DNA of 63,044 bases, filler included, from Rhabdomonas costata (GCA_019059605.1; 41 parts of 41 records of this genome joined end to end with filler, not necessarily neighbours in it), one strand, 5' to 3'; shown: positions 1-12,462, counted from the whole stretch's first letter. Program-made: numbers and translations. The notes: generated from the letters alone by a model not told the origin.

Positions 1-524
1 GGGTGGTTTTGAAGGACACCGAATACAGTGCGGTTTTGTGTCGTGAGATTTTGAGTTGTTTTGACGGAGCCTCGCCGGTCGGGTCAGATTGACAATTCTT
101 TCTGCTTCCACACTCGCGCTGACCAATCCATTTTGACGTGCTAAGGCTAGTGCGTTTCCAGACTACCCTCCCCACGGGTTTGTGACGTTTGCTTGTTTGC
201 TCGTTCTTCATTCGAGTTTCAGACGCTAGTCCGTAACACCATGGTTGAAGAGGCTGAACCTATTTCGCCCGCACCAAATCGGATGTATTGATTTGTTCGG
301 TTCGACCAGTTTGGTGGAATTTTGTATGTACTCTAGGACTCGTTCGTCCCCCTCCCCGCGGGTGAATAGCGTCGCTACGAAAACACTTCGGAACGAACCG
401 AACGGTGCGCAACGGGGCACCGTGATCGCATGGAAGCGTTTTTTGGGTGGATAACAACAAAGGGCCAGGTGTGAATATACGTACCCAAGTGCAAGGCATA
501 CTTTAACAAGCACACAGGCCCAGG

Positions 525-824
525 AAAGCGTCGAAAGGGCCAGCCGATGTAACAGAAATGTTTTTCTTGCGCCGAACGAGCTCGAAAATAGCCCTGAATA
601 CTGAAATGGTGGTACCTGATATGAGTTTTGACGAAACCCCCGCGGCCATCGATGGTGTTCGTATGACACGAAGACCCATCGGGAACATGATCACCATCTC
701 TATGACTGACGAATTGCGCCGCAGGGTGTCCCATGTCAATCAGGTTCTCCCTATAAGTTGGGAGCCCATCGGAGAAGATCGGTGAGCCTTTCCGGACGTG
801 CTCGGAGACGAGAGGCAGCACCTC
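525..824 (-). mobile_element. Merlin/IS1595-family (ISXO2-like) DDE transposase remnant
   Basis: Translation EVLPLVSEHVRKGSPIFSDGLPTYRENLIDMGH..FVSH..CHTNTIDG..VK follows the family pattern LLP.I..HV..GS.I.SD...Y..L...G....V.H....HTN.IEG.W..LK. The first catalytic Asp region is absent and the last Glu is Asp. Confidence 0.8.
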
Positions 825-825
825 G

Positions 826-964
826 CCATGTCTTCGCGCCTGTTCTACTCGCCCTTCCCCGTGCTGCACGGCAGTTTGGTGGCGGTGAGGGGTGGGTCCA
901 TGAGCATCACCATCACCACCATGAACGGCATCCGGAAGAAACACAACAAAAACGCAAAGAAGAA
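826..964 (+). repeat. Dispersed repeat, copy 1 (copy 2 inverted at 31621-31780)
   Basis: Hand alignment gives about 13 mismatches in about 138 nt against the reverse complement of 31621-31780, excluding a 22-nt insertion there. Confidence 0.9.
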
Positions 965-994
965 GAAGCCATCAAAAGTACTAAAGAGGACACA

Positions 995-1076
995 TGCATC
1001 GCCTTCTAACCCGTGCATCGCCTTCTAACCCGTGCATCGCCTTCTAACCCCATGCATCGCCTTCTAACCCCATGCA
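995..1076 (+). repeat. Minisatellite, 4 copies of a 19-20 nt unit TGCATCGCCTTCTAACCC(G/CA)
   Basis: Head-to-tail copies at 995, 1014, 1033 and 1053 with no spacers. Confidence 0.95.
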
Positions 1077-1442
1077 ATGTTTCTATTTGAATCCTGGGTA
1101 CGTATGTTCCCACCTAGCCCGAAAAAGCTCAAAGCCGAAAATTAGGCGACCGGTCCAACTTCGACCAATCTGCCGTTTTGGAAAGCGGAAACCCGCAAAT
1201 GAAGGCAACCAAAGTTCTAACGTTCTTTACGCGCTCCTTTATCGAGTGCCATCGGCGTCAGAACCCTCATGCTTAAGAAAAGCCGGGCCGGCGGCGGCAC
1301 GCATAGAGCGTACATCCTACCAGGTTCGGAACAATTGCCTGGACCAACCGAGTTAAGCAACATTTGGCGGTCCGCCACATACCAGGGAGCCTGAAGAGAC
1401 GAAACATACCATACCACAACCACCTTTCACAAAACACCCACC

Positions 1443-1542
1443 NNNNNNNNNNNNNNNNNNNNNNNNNNNNNNNNNNNNNNNNNNNNTTAATTAATTAANN
1501 NNNNNNNNNNNNNNNNNNNNNNNNNNNNNNNNNNNNNNNNNN
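1443..1542. other. Artificial contig linker (N44-TTAATTAATTAA-N44); first of 40 identical linkers spaced about 1.54 kb apart
   Basis: Identical 100-nt cassette with stops in six frames recurs through the window (last at 61505-61604), delimiting 41 contigs. Confidence 0.99.
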
Positions 1543-1713
1543 GGGGGGGGGTTGGGAAGCAGGTGCGCCAAGGGGTTCGACCTCCCCACCCCACCCTTAC
1601 CCCGCCACAGCGCTGCCTACACACGCCATGCACGCAGCAGTTCGATGAAAATGTTTTTGAAAGAATGTGTTTGGAGCTATGCTTCTTTTTATGGGACCAC
1701 TTTCTTTGCTCAG

Positions 1714-2982
1714 CGGTCAACTGCGGTGCCCCCGACCTGCCCTCCAACGCCAATCCGCTGAGCTGCACCTCGGGCACGACGTACGGGCAGAGCTGCACGT
1801 TTGGGTGCGCCCCTGGGTGGACGGGCGGGGGCACGCTGAGCTGCACCTCGAGCGGGGCATGGGCTGTGAGCGGTCGCTGTGACCCAGGTCTCTCGTATCC
1901 TCAGCGCAAGTACTCTTGCACAGTTTGGATTTAGAGGCGCATTACACACCGAAGACCTACGCATCTTAATCTTATTCCTGGGCTCTAGGCGTCCCATGCC
2001 CAGGGGCCGTTAGACGACCGTCTTATGGGTGTTTCAAGTCTTCCCGCACACACTCATAGTGACGCATAGAGTCAATCGTCCACTCACTTATGCACAAAGT
2101 AGGTGTGGAAAAGGGAGAAAAGGGGGTAGCAGGGACACAGGGTGTCTCAAAGGTTTGCTTCTGCACGTGGTACCCTTCTGGACCCCCCGCAACCTTTTTT
2201 TTTGACGCTACATCGTCCGAAAATGCGACATTGTCTGACGTCCGCAAGGCTGCATGGGATTCGAGACAGTCCTTGTACTGTGTGGAAGACGGCTCAAGGA
2301 AGGATTCGCTGAAGAGGACGGAAAAGGGACCAAAGGGGGTTGGGTAGCCAGTTGAAAGGAAAGCCGAGGCACCGTGGAGTTGCCTCGGGTGTTCTGTCCC
2401 CATTCCTCGGGAAGGTTCATTCCCCTTGCACTATCCGTAGCCCCGAACTGTGGAATTCCAAGAGCTCCTGCCAACGCCATCACGCCGTACTGTCCTTCGG
2501 GCACGTACACTGGGCAGAGCTGCAGCTTTGGCTGTGGCAGCGGGTACTCCGGCGGGGGCACGCTGAGCTGCACGTGGAGCGGGGTGTGGGCTCAGAATGG
2601 CAGCTGCACAGGTATGTTTTTCGTACGGTGGAATGGGGATTTTGCACGTCCACTTCCTTACGAAATGAAGCCGTGCATTTCTGGGCTGGAAATGGTGCCC
2701 GGCTGGTGATAAGGCCCTGTTTTCTCGGGCTTGATTGAGTCCTTTTCTGGCTTCCTTTCCCTCACCTTGTTATACGTATTCGTGCTATATCGTGCTTTTC
2801 TTGGCTTTTTCCAGCTCCCTCCATCTATCGGCCCTCTACCCTGCACACAGCGGTCAACTGCGGTGCCCCGAGCCTACCCTCCAACGCCAACACGCCGAGC
2901 TGTGTCTCGGGCACGACGTACGGGCAGAGCTGCACGTATGGGTGCGCCCCTGGGTGGACGGGCGGGGGCACGCTGAGCTGCA
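1714..2982 (+). CDS. Partial surface protein with tandem six-Cys sushi/CCP (selectin-type) modules; exons 1714-1887, 2441-2611, 2851->2982
   Basis: Each exon is AG/GT flanked, phase 1-1, 174 or 171 nt, encoding C..P....NA....C..GT..GQSC.FGC..G..GGGTLSC..SG.W...G.C. Confidence 0.85.
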
Positions 2983-3493
2983 NNNNNNNNNNNNNNNNNN
3001 NNNNNNNNNNNNNNNNNNNNNNNNNNTTAATTAATTAANNNNNNNNNNNNNNNNNNNNNNNNNNNNNNNNNNNNNNNNNNNNGCCCACCCTTTGCTCCGC
3101 TGCTATCCGGCTTCTTGTGGCGAACCCTGCTTAATAGTGAGCCATCCCATGATGATGCTTTTTTTCCGTACGACCCCGCTCACGTGGGTTTTTGTGCCGA
3201 GATTTGCTCCGTTTTCCTTCCAGTGCAACACATTAGGTCCATTGAACTGCCATTCCCCCGCCCCCGGCTTACCGCGCCCGTTTTTTTTTTCGTTCTCTTC
3301 CACCTCCACTACAGCACTGGCTCCTTCCTCTTCTTTTCCTTTCCGTCTCGCGACCACGCGCACGACATTGTGAGTTTGTTATAGTGTAATCTGATATTCA
3401 CCAGTCACCCATCGATGCATCCACAGATACCTCTGTTCTGTCGGGGATCGGGGTTGTCCATTCTCCGGGTTTTTATTGTGCCGCCACGGCCAG

Positions 3494-4523
3494 GTGGAGA
3501 ACGTGCTGCTCCACCGGGCCTCCTCGGGAACCGTGCACAAGCTGTGCGACTTCGGGTCGTGCACCCGCGAGGCTGTCGAGAACCCAAACTCCAAGCAGCG
3601 CGCCGCCGCGGAGGATGACATTGAGCAGAACACCACCCTGGTGTACCGGGCCCCGGAGCAGCTAGACCTGTACAGTCGGCGCCGGGTGGACGAGAAGGTC
3701 GACGTCTGGGGGCTGGGGGTGATGCTCTACTACACTCTGTACTTCACCCTCCCTTTTGAGGTTCGTACCGTCCTTCTTCTACCGCGTAGATGGTTGTTTC
3801 ACTTTTCTGCGTTTCGCGGTGCTTTCTGCTTTCTCCAGGACACCTCCCCCACCTATCCCAGTTCTGCAGATGACACGGGGTTGGTGCGAGTCATGGAGAG
3901 TCGACTTTCCTGAATCAAGTCAAAAAGCGCAGCAGCTTGCATGGTGAAGCTAGCAATATTCCGGACACGAACCATACTACACGGGAAGGCCAGGCCCCTT
4001 TTCACACGTGACCCAATCGTTTCCGTCCCGGAGCTTTTGAGCAAAGCCCAAGGAGAGCGGTGATCTATTTGCGGCTGCTGTTCGGGTACACCACCAGCGT
4101 TATTAGTTGTCGTTCCTTCCTTTTCCCGTCAATTAAACCCTCACAGGAAAACAAGCTCCAGATTTTGAACTGCAAGTACACCTTCCCCACCAACGCCATC
4201 GTCTCCGCGGAGGCCAAAAAGTTGATTCAGGCCATGCTGACCGTGGACCCAAAGCAGCGCCTCGATGTCTGGCAGGCTGCTGAGCAGGCCTTCGCGTTGC
4301 GAGGACTGCCCTGTACCGTTCGCCACCCGGAGACCTACAAGCCTCAGCCCACCCAAGGCTCGGCACAGCCCGCCCCGCAGGCCGCTCCCACCAAGGCTGC
4401 GCCCAAAACCGCCGCCCCAAGCGCTGTGACGGGGAAGTTAGCCTCCATGCTGTCGTGGTCCGCCGACGAGCCCACCGCCACTGCTGCTGCCCCTGCACCT
4501 CCTCGTAATGTATCCCCACAACC
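3494..4523 (+). CDS. Partial Ser/Thr kinase, NAK family (AAK1/BMP2K/GAK-like); exons 3494-3760 and 4147->~4509
   Basis: VENVLL..KLCDFGS..IEQNTTLVYRAPEQLDLYS....EKVDVWGLGVMLY....FTLPFE|ENKLQILNCKYTFP are NAK-type signatures. Phase-0 GT-AG intron and a P/A/Q-rich tail follow. Confidence 0.92.
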
Positions 4524-6248
4524 NNNNNNNNNNNNNNNNNNNNNNNNNNNNNNNNNNNNNNNNNNNNTTAATTAATTAANNNNNNNNNNNNNNNNNNNNN
4601 NNNNNNNNNNNNNNNNNNNNNNNGGTTGGGTTTTTTTGCCTTGGTGCCTTTGACTTTTTGAATTGGATTTTGTCATTTATTTTTTCAGCCTGGAACGCTG
4701 TACTACTGTTGCGGACTTCTTGAAGACGTACGCTGAAGGCATGTGCGCTTTCTTTCTGGCCTCCGTGCACCGCTGCCGAACAAGCTTCGGGTTCACCTCG
4801 GTTGAAAGCTGTCTTTGCTCTGGGTTATACTATTACAAGTTTCACATCCAAAGCGCTGATGGGTGTTCAAAAGCCCAGATGGCGTTTTTCTCCTCAGCTC
4901 CAGCGCATGGCTCAAAAGCATGACGTCTTTATTTACGGTAACCTAGATTTTCTTTCACTGACTCCATGTGCACCTGCGCGAGTGGTGGTTATCCATGGGT
5001 TGCAAATGCGCAGTATAGTATGGAGTTAGCGAATCTGGTTGCCGGGTGTGTCTGTGCTTTGACCTTGAGTGTGCGGTGACTGTGGTGGATTTGGTGGTGG
5101 GTCAGATTTCGTTGGTGGTGTCAATTTTGGGTGTTTCAGGGGGGTTCATGCCTTTCTCTTGGTCACGTAGCGAATGGTCACGTAGTGGCAAGAGAGTTGG
5201 AGTGGCTTCTTCTGGGCATTTGGGAGCGCAGCGACATCAGCAATGGGGACATAAGGACAGCAGGGCATCTCTTATTGGTTTGGTTACCCTTTGACCATGG
5301 GCCTCACTTGCAGCCGTACCATTGGATTTGACTACTGTTCTCAACTCAATGGACCATATACCCTCTGCCCTTTCTCTCGGAAAAACAAAGAATAACCTGG
5401 CTGTGATTCATGCGAGACCAGAAAGGCACAGGAAAACATGTCCCCCCCCCTCCGCGCGCTCTCGAAGGCGAACTCTCAACCCACCTACGTTGCTGCCTCA
5501 GGTGGTGGTATCCTATGGTATATGGTTGCATGCCATACCAACACTGCCACTGATGCAACCTCCAGGAATGCCGTCAAAGCCAAAAATACTACGCAAAACG
5601 ATTGGCAAGCGACTGGAGTATTCCTGCTGGAGAGTTTAAAGTGGTAAAATTAGAATGCCCTGGGATGTGACACGGCATCCTGGAGTATCATGCCCAGAGA
5701 CACAGATGCAGCATAAACCCTCTCCTTTGAGTGTCCGCATGTGGTTTATTTAATGCGACGATGACGTGCTTTGATGCCACACGTATTGGTTAGAGGGAAC
5801 AAGATGCGATGCTGTGATGCAAGAAAGGGTGATGCTATTCGCTGCACTCCTGCACTAACGCTACGTCGCTCCGCTCGTAAAGTCAAAAAAGAAGCACAGA
5901 TAGCCCAAGACCCACTTGCACATACGATACCCATTATTACCACCCACCGTAACGAAAGCTATAAGTTGCAGATCACAGATCAGACACACGCGCAACCTAT
6001 CACATACAGCCAGATACACTTGCAAGATACGCTCAACTCAAGACCTCGCGAACCCAACCCCAACNNNNNNNNNNNNNNNNNNNNNNNNNNNNNNNNNNNN
6101 NNNNNNNNTTAATTAATTAANNNNNNNNNNNNNNNNNNNNNNNNNNNNNNNNNNNNNNNNNNNNGGTTGGGGTGGAGCTAGCCTTAGTTTAATTCCACGG
6201 GTGCCATCGGAGTCGAGGTGTGTGTTCTCCGTCCCCCGGGGGATGCAG

Positions 6249-7001
6249 GGAAGGCAAGGAGTACTACAGCTTTCAGCCTCACCCTCAATGGAGGGTGGTG
6301 GTGCTGGACAGCTACGACGTGGCGATCATTGGGCGTCCGGAGGGCAGCCCAGAGTACTCCGAGGCCCTGGCCGTGCTGCGGCAGAACAACCCCAACGACG
6401 TCCTCGCCCAAGGCACAGTGGTACGTCTTGGACGTGCTTCCCCACCCTTACCGCACTTATCAGCCTCGAACGCAGAGTAGCTTGCCCGAACGCAGTACTT
6501 CTCAGCTAAACCTTCATAGGAAAGGTTTGCTTTTGGCAGGCTTCGGATAAACCCAGATCCTTGTCCTACCTGGCAGGGCTGTGTCAGACCCTCTGGATTG
6601 AAGATGCCCCCACTTTATCACGCCTTTGCATCAATTGACATGAGTAAAATGTCAACCGGGTCAAAAGGCTTCTTGCTTGACTTCGGGGCAGGTCTAATTT
6701 TCATAATAAAGCAACGTTCTTGGTGTGCGCAGCCGGGTGCCATTAGCTGCAACCTGGTGCTGATGGGTAGTGGGAAAACTACTATTGGGGGAGGGCATCC
6801 CAGGATTGGTCTGTCGGGCTTGAGGGGTTGGGCTGCCGGTTTGTGCCCTACAACGGGGGCCTCGGGGAGGCCCAGCTGCGGTGGCTGCAGGCCGAACTGG
6901 GGCTGGCTGCCCGCCATGGCCAGAGAGTGGTGGTGCTCTCTCATGTCGCCGTGCACCCCGATGCGGGCACCCCCAGCACGGTGCTGTGGAACTTCTCCGA
7001 G
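6249..7001 (+). CDS. ADPRM: Partial Mn-dependent ADP-ribose/CDP-alcohol diphosphatase-like metallophosphoesterase; exons 6249-6420, 6804-7001
   Basis: YYSFQPHPQWRVVVLDSYDV..G, NNPND, RFVPYNGGLGEAQLRWL, VVVLSHVAVHP....TVLWNFSE; in-frame GT-AG junction. Confidence 0.85.
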
Positions 7002-8392
7002 GTCTGCGGTCTTCCTTCGTTGCTGACTTTCACGATCTTATATTATTTTTTTTCATATTTTTGAAGGATCTTTTTCTGCATCTCTGCTGGACGATTCATA
7101 ACCCGAAATAATGACTTGATGCACATGACCATGCTACGTACCCTCCCTTCCGTGAACCCTAAATACTCTCATAAAGATTCATCATGCATTGCATTTCTTT
7201 CGTGTGTCCTTCGTGGGTTGAGCGTCCCTGTGCAAACGCTTGTGGGCCGCCGTCTGCAGAAGCTGTGCCTTGTGTGATTGTTCCCCCACCCCTCACTTTT
7301 CCCCTAACTTTTGGATCCTGGCCAATAGTCGAAAAGTTTAGAAAAATTTATTACTACGTTTGTAATGAGGGTACCCAGGGGGGGGGGTACGTTTTGTGGC
7401 ACCCATGCCAAGAGTCGCGGGTTCAACTCCGAGGCTGCCCATCTCGCCTCGTCCCACAAATATGGTGGGATTCGAATCCAGGGAGCCCACTCAGTGTCTT
7501 CTAAGATTGTAATTTATCATTTTTTTCTTGACAGTTCACCATAGTCCCAAACTCCCATCATCATCACCACTACCGCCATCACTGTACAACCCAACCCCTT
7601 AAAGNNNNNNNNNNNNNNNNNNNNNNNNNNNNNNNNNNNNNNNNNNNNTTAATTAATTAANNNNNNNNNNNNNNNNNNNNNNNNNNNNNNNNNNNNNNNN
7701 NNNNTGTTTTGGGTAAGCTTTGTATCCGCAACTTCCCCATCGTTGCTGATACAAAGCTTACCCAAAAGACCGGGAATTTCCACGACTAACATATCTCCGA
7801 AAAAATTTTACGTTTTCTTTTTATGTTTTGACGTTGACAAAAGTTTGTTAACGCAAGTATGTTAAGCATGGCAAGTGAAACAGAGGGGATCAAGAGGACA
7901 GAAACAGAAAAAGAGAAACAGTGAAATGAGTGGAAAGAGGAAAAAGTAACGAGTGGGAAGTAAAAAAAAATGGCATTTAACACCGTACCTGCGATTCTGG
8001 GAAAATATATGAGAACCCATGAATGCCCGTGATATTTTCCAGTGTGCTAATTTTATCGTGCGGCAAAGCCATATCATTGACAACGAAAGAAAGAAAGCAG
8101 GCGAACACGCAGAGACTCAGCTTTGACAAGAGTGGGAGCACGGCAGCTAAAAATATTAGCTACCATGAACCAATAATCCTTTTTCTGCAAAAGCAAAAAA
8201 GGCTCAAAATGGATTCAATATGTATGTAGGTCCGGAAGCCGTCACAGGAGGACTCCGCTGAAAGACCCCCGCCCCCCGAATGACAACAAATCGAGAAACT
8301 CAGGAATCCGGGTGCGCACCGCACTGCATTACCACAGAAACAACACATAAATTTACGAACACACACACACACATACACACACCAAGACTCGC

Positions 8393-8921
8393 CCCAGCCA
8401 TGCTCTCCGACCGGTCCAGCACACAGCACAGGTCGATCGGTGCTCGGCTGGCGCGGGCCTCGGACTGGAACGCCCGGCACTCCACGGAGGCCATCACTAT
8501 AACGTCGCAGCTCTGCCCCGCTGCAGCATTGTTTTTTATGGCAAAAAGGAACATCAAAACAGCGACCAACAGAGAACGCCGCAAACCATGGGGGGGGGGT
8601 GTGACTCTACTACGCGATGGGTGCATGAGACTTTACTGATTGAAGACTGATGGAAAATTGTACAACGTCAGGTTGTCAGGCTAGATCACGTTCCGTCGTC
8701 TTGCCCAAAAAATTCAAGGGTGACCTTAGCGAATACCGAAGGGAAGTTAACCCACACTTACAAGTTCAGACTTTTTATGCGCCCATCCGCACCAACTCTG
8801 CTCCTGACATCAAGTAAAGCGTAATCTCGGATGCGCATGCACACGCACACACACACACACACAGATAAAGGTCACCTGGGAGCTCCTCAAACTCCGTGTG
8901 AACTGAAAGCCCAATATCCAT
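8393..8921 (-). CDS. 5' part of a vWA-domain protein; exons 8921-8876, 8520-8393
   Basis: Spliced product MDIGLSVHTEFEELPAGQSCDVIVMASV...RAPIDLCCVLDRSESMAG contains the MIDAS DxSxS. The following donor appears to be GC (GGG|GCGAGT). Confidence 0.8.
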
Positions 8922-10785
8922 TGTTGTGGGGACTTGAACCACAACAGAATGCACGCAAGAAGAATCTGAGAGCCGCACAGGAAGCAGCAGTGCAGCGGAG
9001 ACACGGTGTGCAAATAAGCTGTTCTATGCACGGCCCAGTCCTACTTCTTTTCACGCGAGGTGGACCAAGGGCACCATATAAATGGCATCAAACCAGCAGC
9101 AGCTCAAAATCGGCGCGAATCGAGTTACGCACAGCACCAAAAACNNNNNNNNNNNNNNNNNNNNNNNNNNNNNNNNNNNNNNNNNNNNTTAATTAATTAA
9201 NNNNNNNNNNNNNNNNNNNNNNNNNNNNNNNNNNNNNNNNNNNNGGTTGTTTGTAATATTACAGTTGGATGACCGTGCTATCCCACTTCATGGGAGACAC
9301 CGCCTCCCATCCCAAGTATCATTTTCCCTGAGAGCCGAGCAGATTGAAAAGTTAACGACCCGATTGGAGTCAGTAATTCACTGGTGAAGTGGTGAAGCAC
9401 ACTTGGGCACGGGACAGACGGCAACGTCGCAGCCGTGCTCGTCGAAGTGCACTTCATTGATCACGCTGCACAGGTGGTCAGCCCGAACACTGTCATGGAC
9501 GATCACCACACTGGGTTCCTCCTTTGGAGTGGTGCAGGAGTGATGTAGGTTGGAGGAGTTGAGCGGTCAGTCTGATTGGGCCCCACAAGGCACCCTACAA
9601 AACAACGTCTTCTGAGTCCATACGCAGTCGCACATTGTACTGCGACTGAACCGCTTGGGACTCCTCCAACACTAGATCCTTAACAAAACGCATTGTGACC
9701 TCAACAATCCAAATATTTCGAGGAAAACCCAAGACGCTCCTGCACGTCATTGGGTTGGAAAGCCCTAAAAATAATCCCATCCCTAATTTTCGGTTAGCTG
9801 AGTATATTTCCAAACAACAGTCAGGACAAGTTTACACACAAAGGTCCATCAGAAAGGCGCTGGTATGACGGTCATGAAAAAAGAGGGTGTTCCGAACAGA
9901 CAGCAGCAATACACTAAGCACAAATGAAAAAAAAAAGGTAGAGGGAGAGGGAGGAACTGGAAGAGGGAACTCTCTGTTTTCTCCGAAAGGCAGTCAATGA
10001 ATCAGGGAGCGAGAGGAAACCTTGGTAATGTAATCGTAAATTTGCCGGACTTTGTCCTTGTCGCTCTTGATGTTTAAGAAGTATAACCGCTTGCCCCGCG
10101 CAAACTCGGCGTCACTCGACATGAGCGAGTTAACTGCCCAAAGGGATACTCACACTCACCTCAGTGCTCTATTCTGCTCTTCCTCTCAGACCTCCTATCT
10201 GCTCCAAAGACAGCCCACAAGAAGTGCAAAATGGGCGCGAACAGAAGCTCAATCTTCGCAAAAAAAAAAAGCCCAAGTTGCGAGACAGAAAAAAATGTCA
10301 AGGAAAGCCTGTAGGAATCTCCTAGTGTGACCAAACACTGGCTTTCAGTTACACCAAAAACCGAATACATGCCCCCTTCCCTCCCACCACGTCCACCTGG
10401 GCCATCGGGCCTTGAGGGGTTCCGGGTATAGGGGTACCTTGGTATACTATAGTCCAGCCAGCCTATATGCCTGGCCCATAGGGCCCATAGCCCAGATACA
10501 GGGGGTATCCTGGTTGCCCCTCTGGGCGCTTGATTTCAGCCCGGGCAATGGAATTATGACTCACCCAGCAATTGTGAGCGGAGCTCCCAACACAACGAAT
10601 GCCGTGTACTGTAAAGGTGATACAACACGTTTGCCTGCTTCTGCTTCTGCTTCTGCTTCTGGTTTTCGTTTGCTTTTCTTCCCACNNNNNNNNNNNNNNN
10701 NNNNNNNNNNNNNNNNNNNNNNNNNNNNNTTAATTAATTAANNNNNNNNNNNNNNNNNNNNNNNNNNNNNNNNNNNNNNNNNNNN

Positions 10786-12225
10786 TGGGGGGGTTGGCAA
10801 AGAGATGGTTCTTGTCAAGTCGTTTGTACACTTGTCGGATGGCGTGCAGATGTTCCTCAAGAGCGGTAGTGAAGATTAGCACATCGTCAATGTACGCTCC
10901 CGCAAACTCACGGAGATCGGACAGGACAAATTCCATCGTCCGTTGGAAGGTAGAGGTGGCGTTACACAACCCAAATGGCATGAGCCGGTAGTGAAACGTG
11001 CCATACTTAGTCTTAAAGGCAGTACGGTGGACGTGCTTCTGGTACTCTCGGATTCGGTGAAAGCCAGAGTGGAGGTCAAGCTTGGTGAAGTTGCAAGCCT
11101 TCCGCATCTGGTCAATCATTTCATCAATTTTCGGTAGGTGGTACGCGTCTACTGTAGTGATTGCGTTCAAAGGTCGATAGTCAACACAAAGTCTAAGTTT
11201 TCCGTTAGCTTTGGGTGCAAAAATGATGCCTGCTCCGTAAGGAGACACGGTTGGTTCAATAAATCCAAGATCCGTTAGTTCCTTCAGCTGCTTTTGCGAC
11301 TCCTGATCTTCAAGGGGGACATGCGGTAGAGTCGTTGAGCTGGAACTTTGGCGTCCTTCAACAGGTCTATTTTGTGATCGGTAGGCCGGGAGGGAGGCAG
11401 ACATGTGGGCAGCTTGTCTGGGAAGAGATGCGCGAACTCTTGGTTGAGTTCAAGGACCTCCTTCGGAACGGCGTCCTTGCGGAGCGGAGGACCACAAGCT
11501 GCATCTCAACGAGACGGCGTGGGGACAGCTTTTGTCTTCTCTTGGATTTTAGCTTCGGCTCTGCTAGGCTAGAGATCTGCTGGCAATCTCGATCGGAGAG
11601 TTCCTCGGCGTCCTCTGGAGAAATGGCAAAAAGATCGGATGGTAGTTAGGACTTCGCCGAATCAGCGAGGGGGGCATCTGCATTTTCGGGTTTGCATGGG
11701 TATGCCTTCCCTCTGTCTGGCTCTCCACCTGCTGCGGATTTCGTCGGTGAGAAAGCAAGTTCGAATCGTGTGGGCTTCTGCTCCGCTGGTTCATTGTCAT
11801 GCAGCACCATTGCGTGGGCTTGATTATCCTTCCAGCTATTCGGAATACGTCAGACGCAGGTATAGCGGGGATCTCGTAGGTGATCAACGCCAAACGATCT
11901 TAACTTGGCGCTTTCTCCAATCTACCCAAGGTTGATGTCGGTGGAGAAATGTGTAGCCCAAGACTACGGGAATGGAGGTGGAAATCACACGGAATAACAG
12001 ACGCACAGGCATTTTGCCCAGCAAGGCATACACTCTGACAAAGGTGTCGACAACCAAGGTGGTTAGCGACTGTGACCGTTAGCGACTCTGACTGCATCAA
12101 CTGCTTCAGACGCTTGCGCGGTAGTTGCAGTTCAGTGACCAGAGCTTCGCTCATGAAGCAATCTGAAGCTCCTGAATCCAACAGGGCGGGCACTACATGT
12201 TTCCCAAAGGTAAGCGGTAGGAACA
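10786..12225 (-). mobile_element. Degenerate Ty3/Gypsy LTR-retrotransposon pol fragment (aspartic protease + reverse transcriptase)
   Basis: Protease ALLDSGASDCFMS near 12190; linker FPDKLPTCLPPSRPTDHKIDL..YRMSP; RT SPYGA..LRLCVDYRPLN..FTKLDLHSGFH..TAFKTKYG..MPFGLCNA..AYIDDVLIF. Frameshifts include one in the C-run near 11314-11318. Confidence 0.96.
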
Positions 12226-12462
12226 NNNNNNNNNNNNNNNNNNNNNNNNNNNNNNNNNNNNNNNNNNNNTTAATTAATTAANNNNNNNNNNNNNNNNNNN
12301 NNNNNNNNNNNNNNNNNNNNNNNNNGTGGGGGGGGTGGAGGCGTTAACCTAACTAACCGCTGCCCAGTAGCACTGATATTGGATCACACTGTTCAGACTC
12401 TATTTGATCGCAGTTGGGCGAGTGAAAACAAGGTGGCACAGTTGCCGCAAAGAGTCACGAAC

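Noticed and set aside
995..1076. Possible CRISPR array or telomeric repeat (contains CTAACCC)
   Set aside because: Head-to-tail units without spacers, no cas genes, eukaryotic context and an internal position.
7417..7482. tRNA T-loop/B-box-like motifs (GGGTTCAACTCC, GGATTCGAATCC)
   Set aside because: No cloverleaf, acceptor stem or A-box could be built on either strand.
7707..7767. 20-bp hairpin; similar ones at 18499-18554, 22943-23012 and 58534-58611
   Set aside because: All have one arm at a contig terminus and unrelated sequences, so they are better explained as artefacts than as ncRNAs or terminators.
10570..10582. 13-nt match to the lac operator (AATTGTGAGCGGA)
   Set aside because: The match stops before TAACAATT and there is no other vector sequence; treated as chance.
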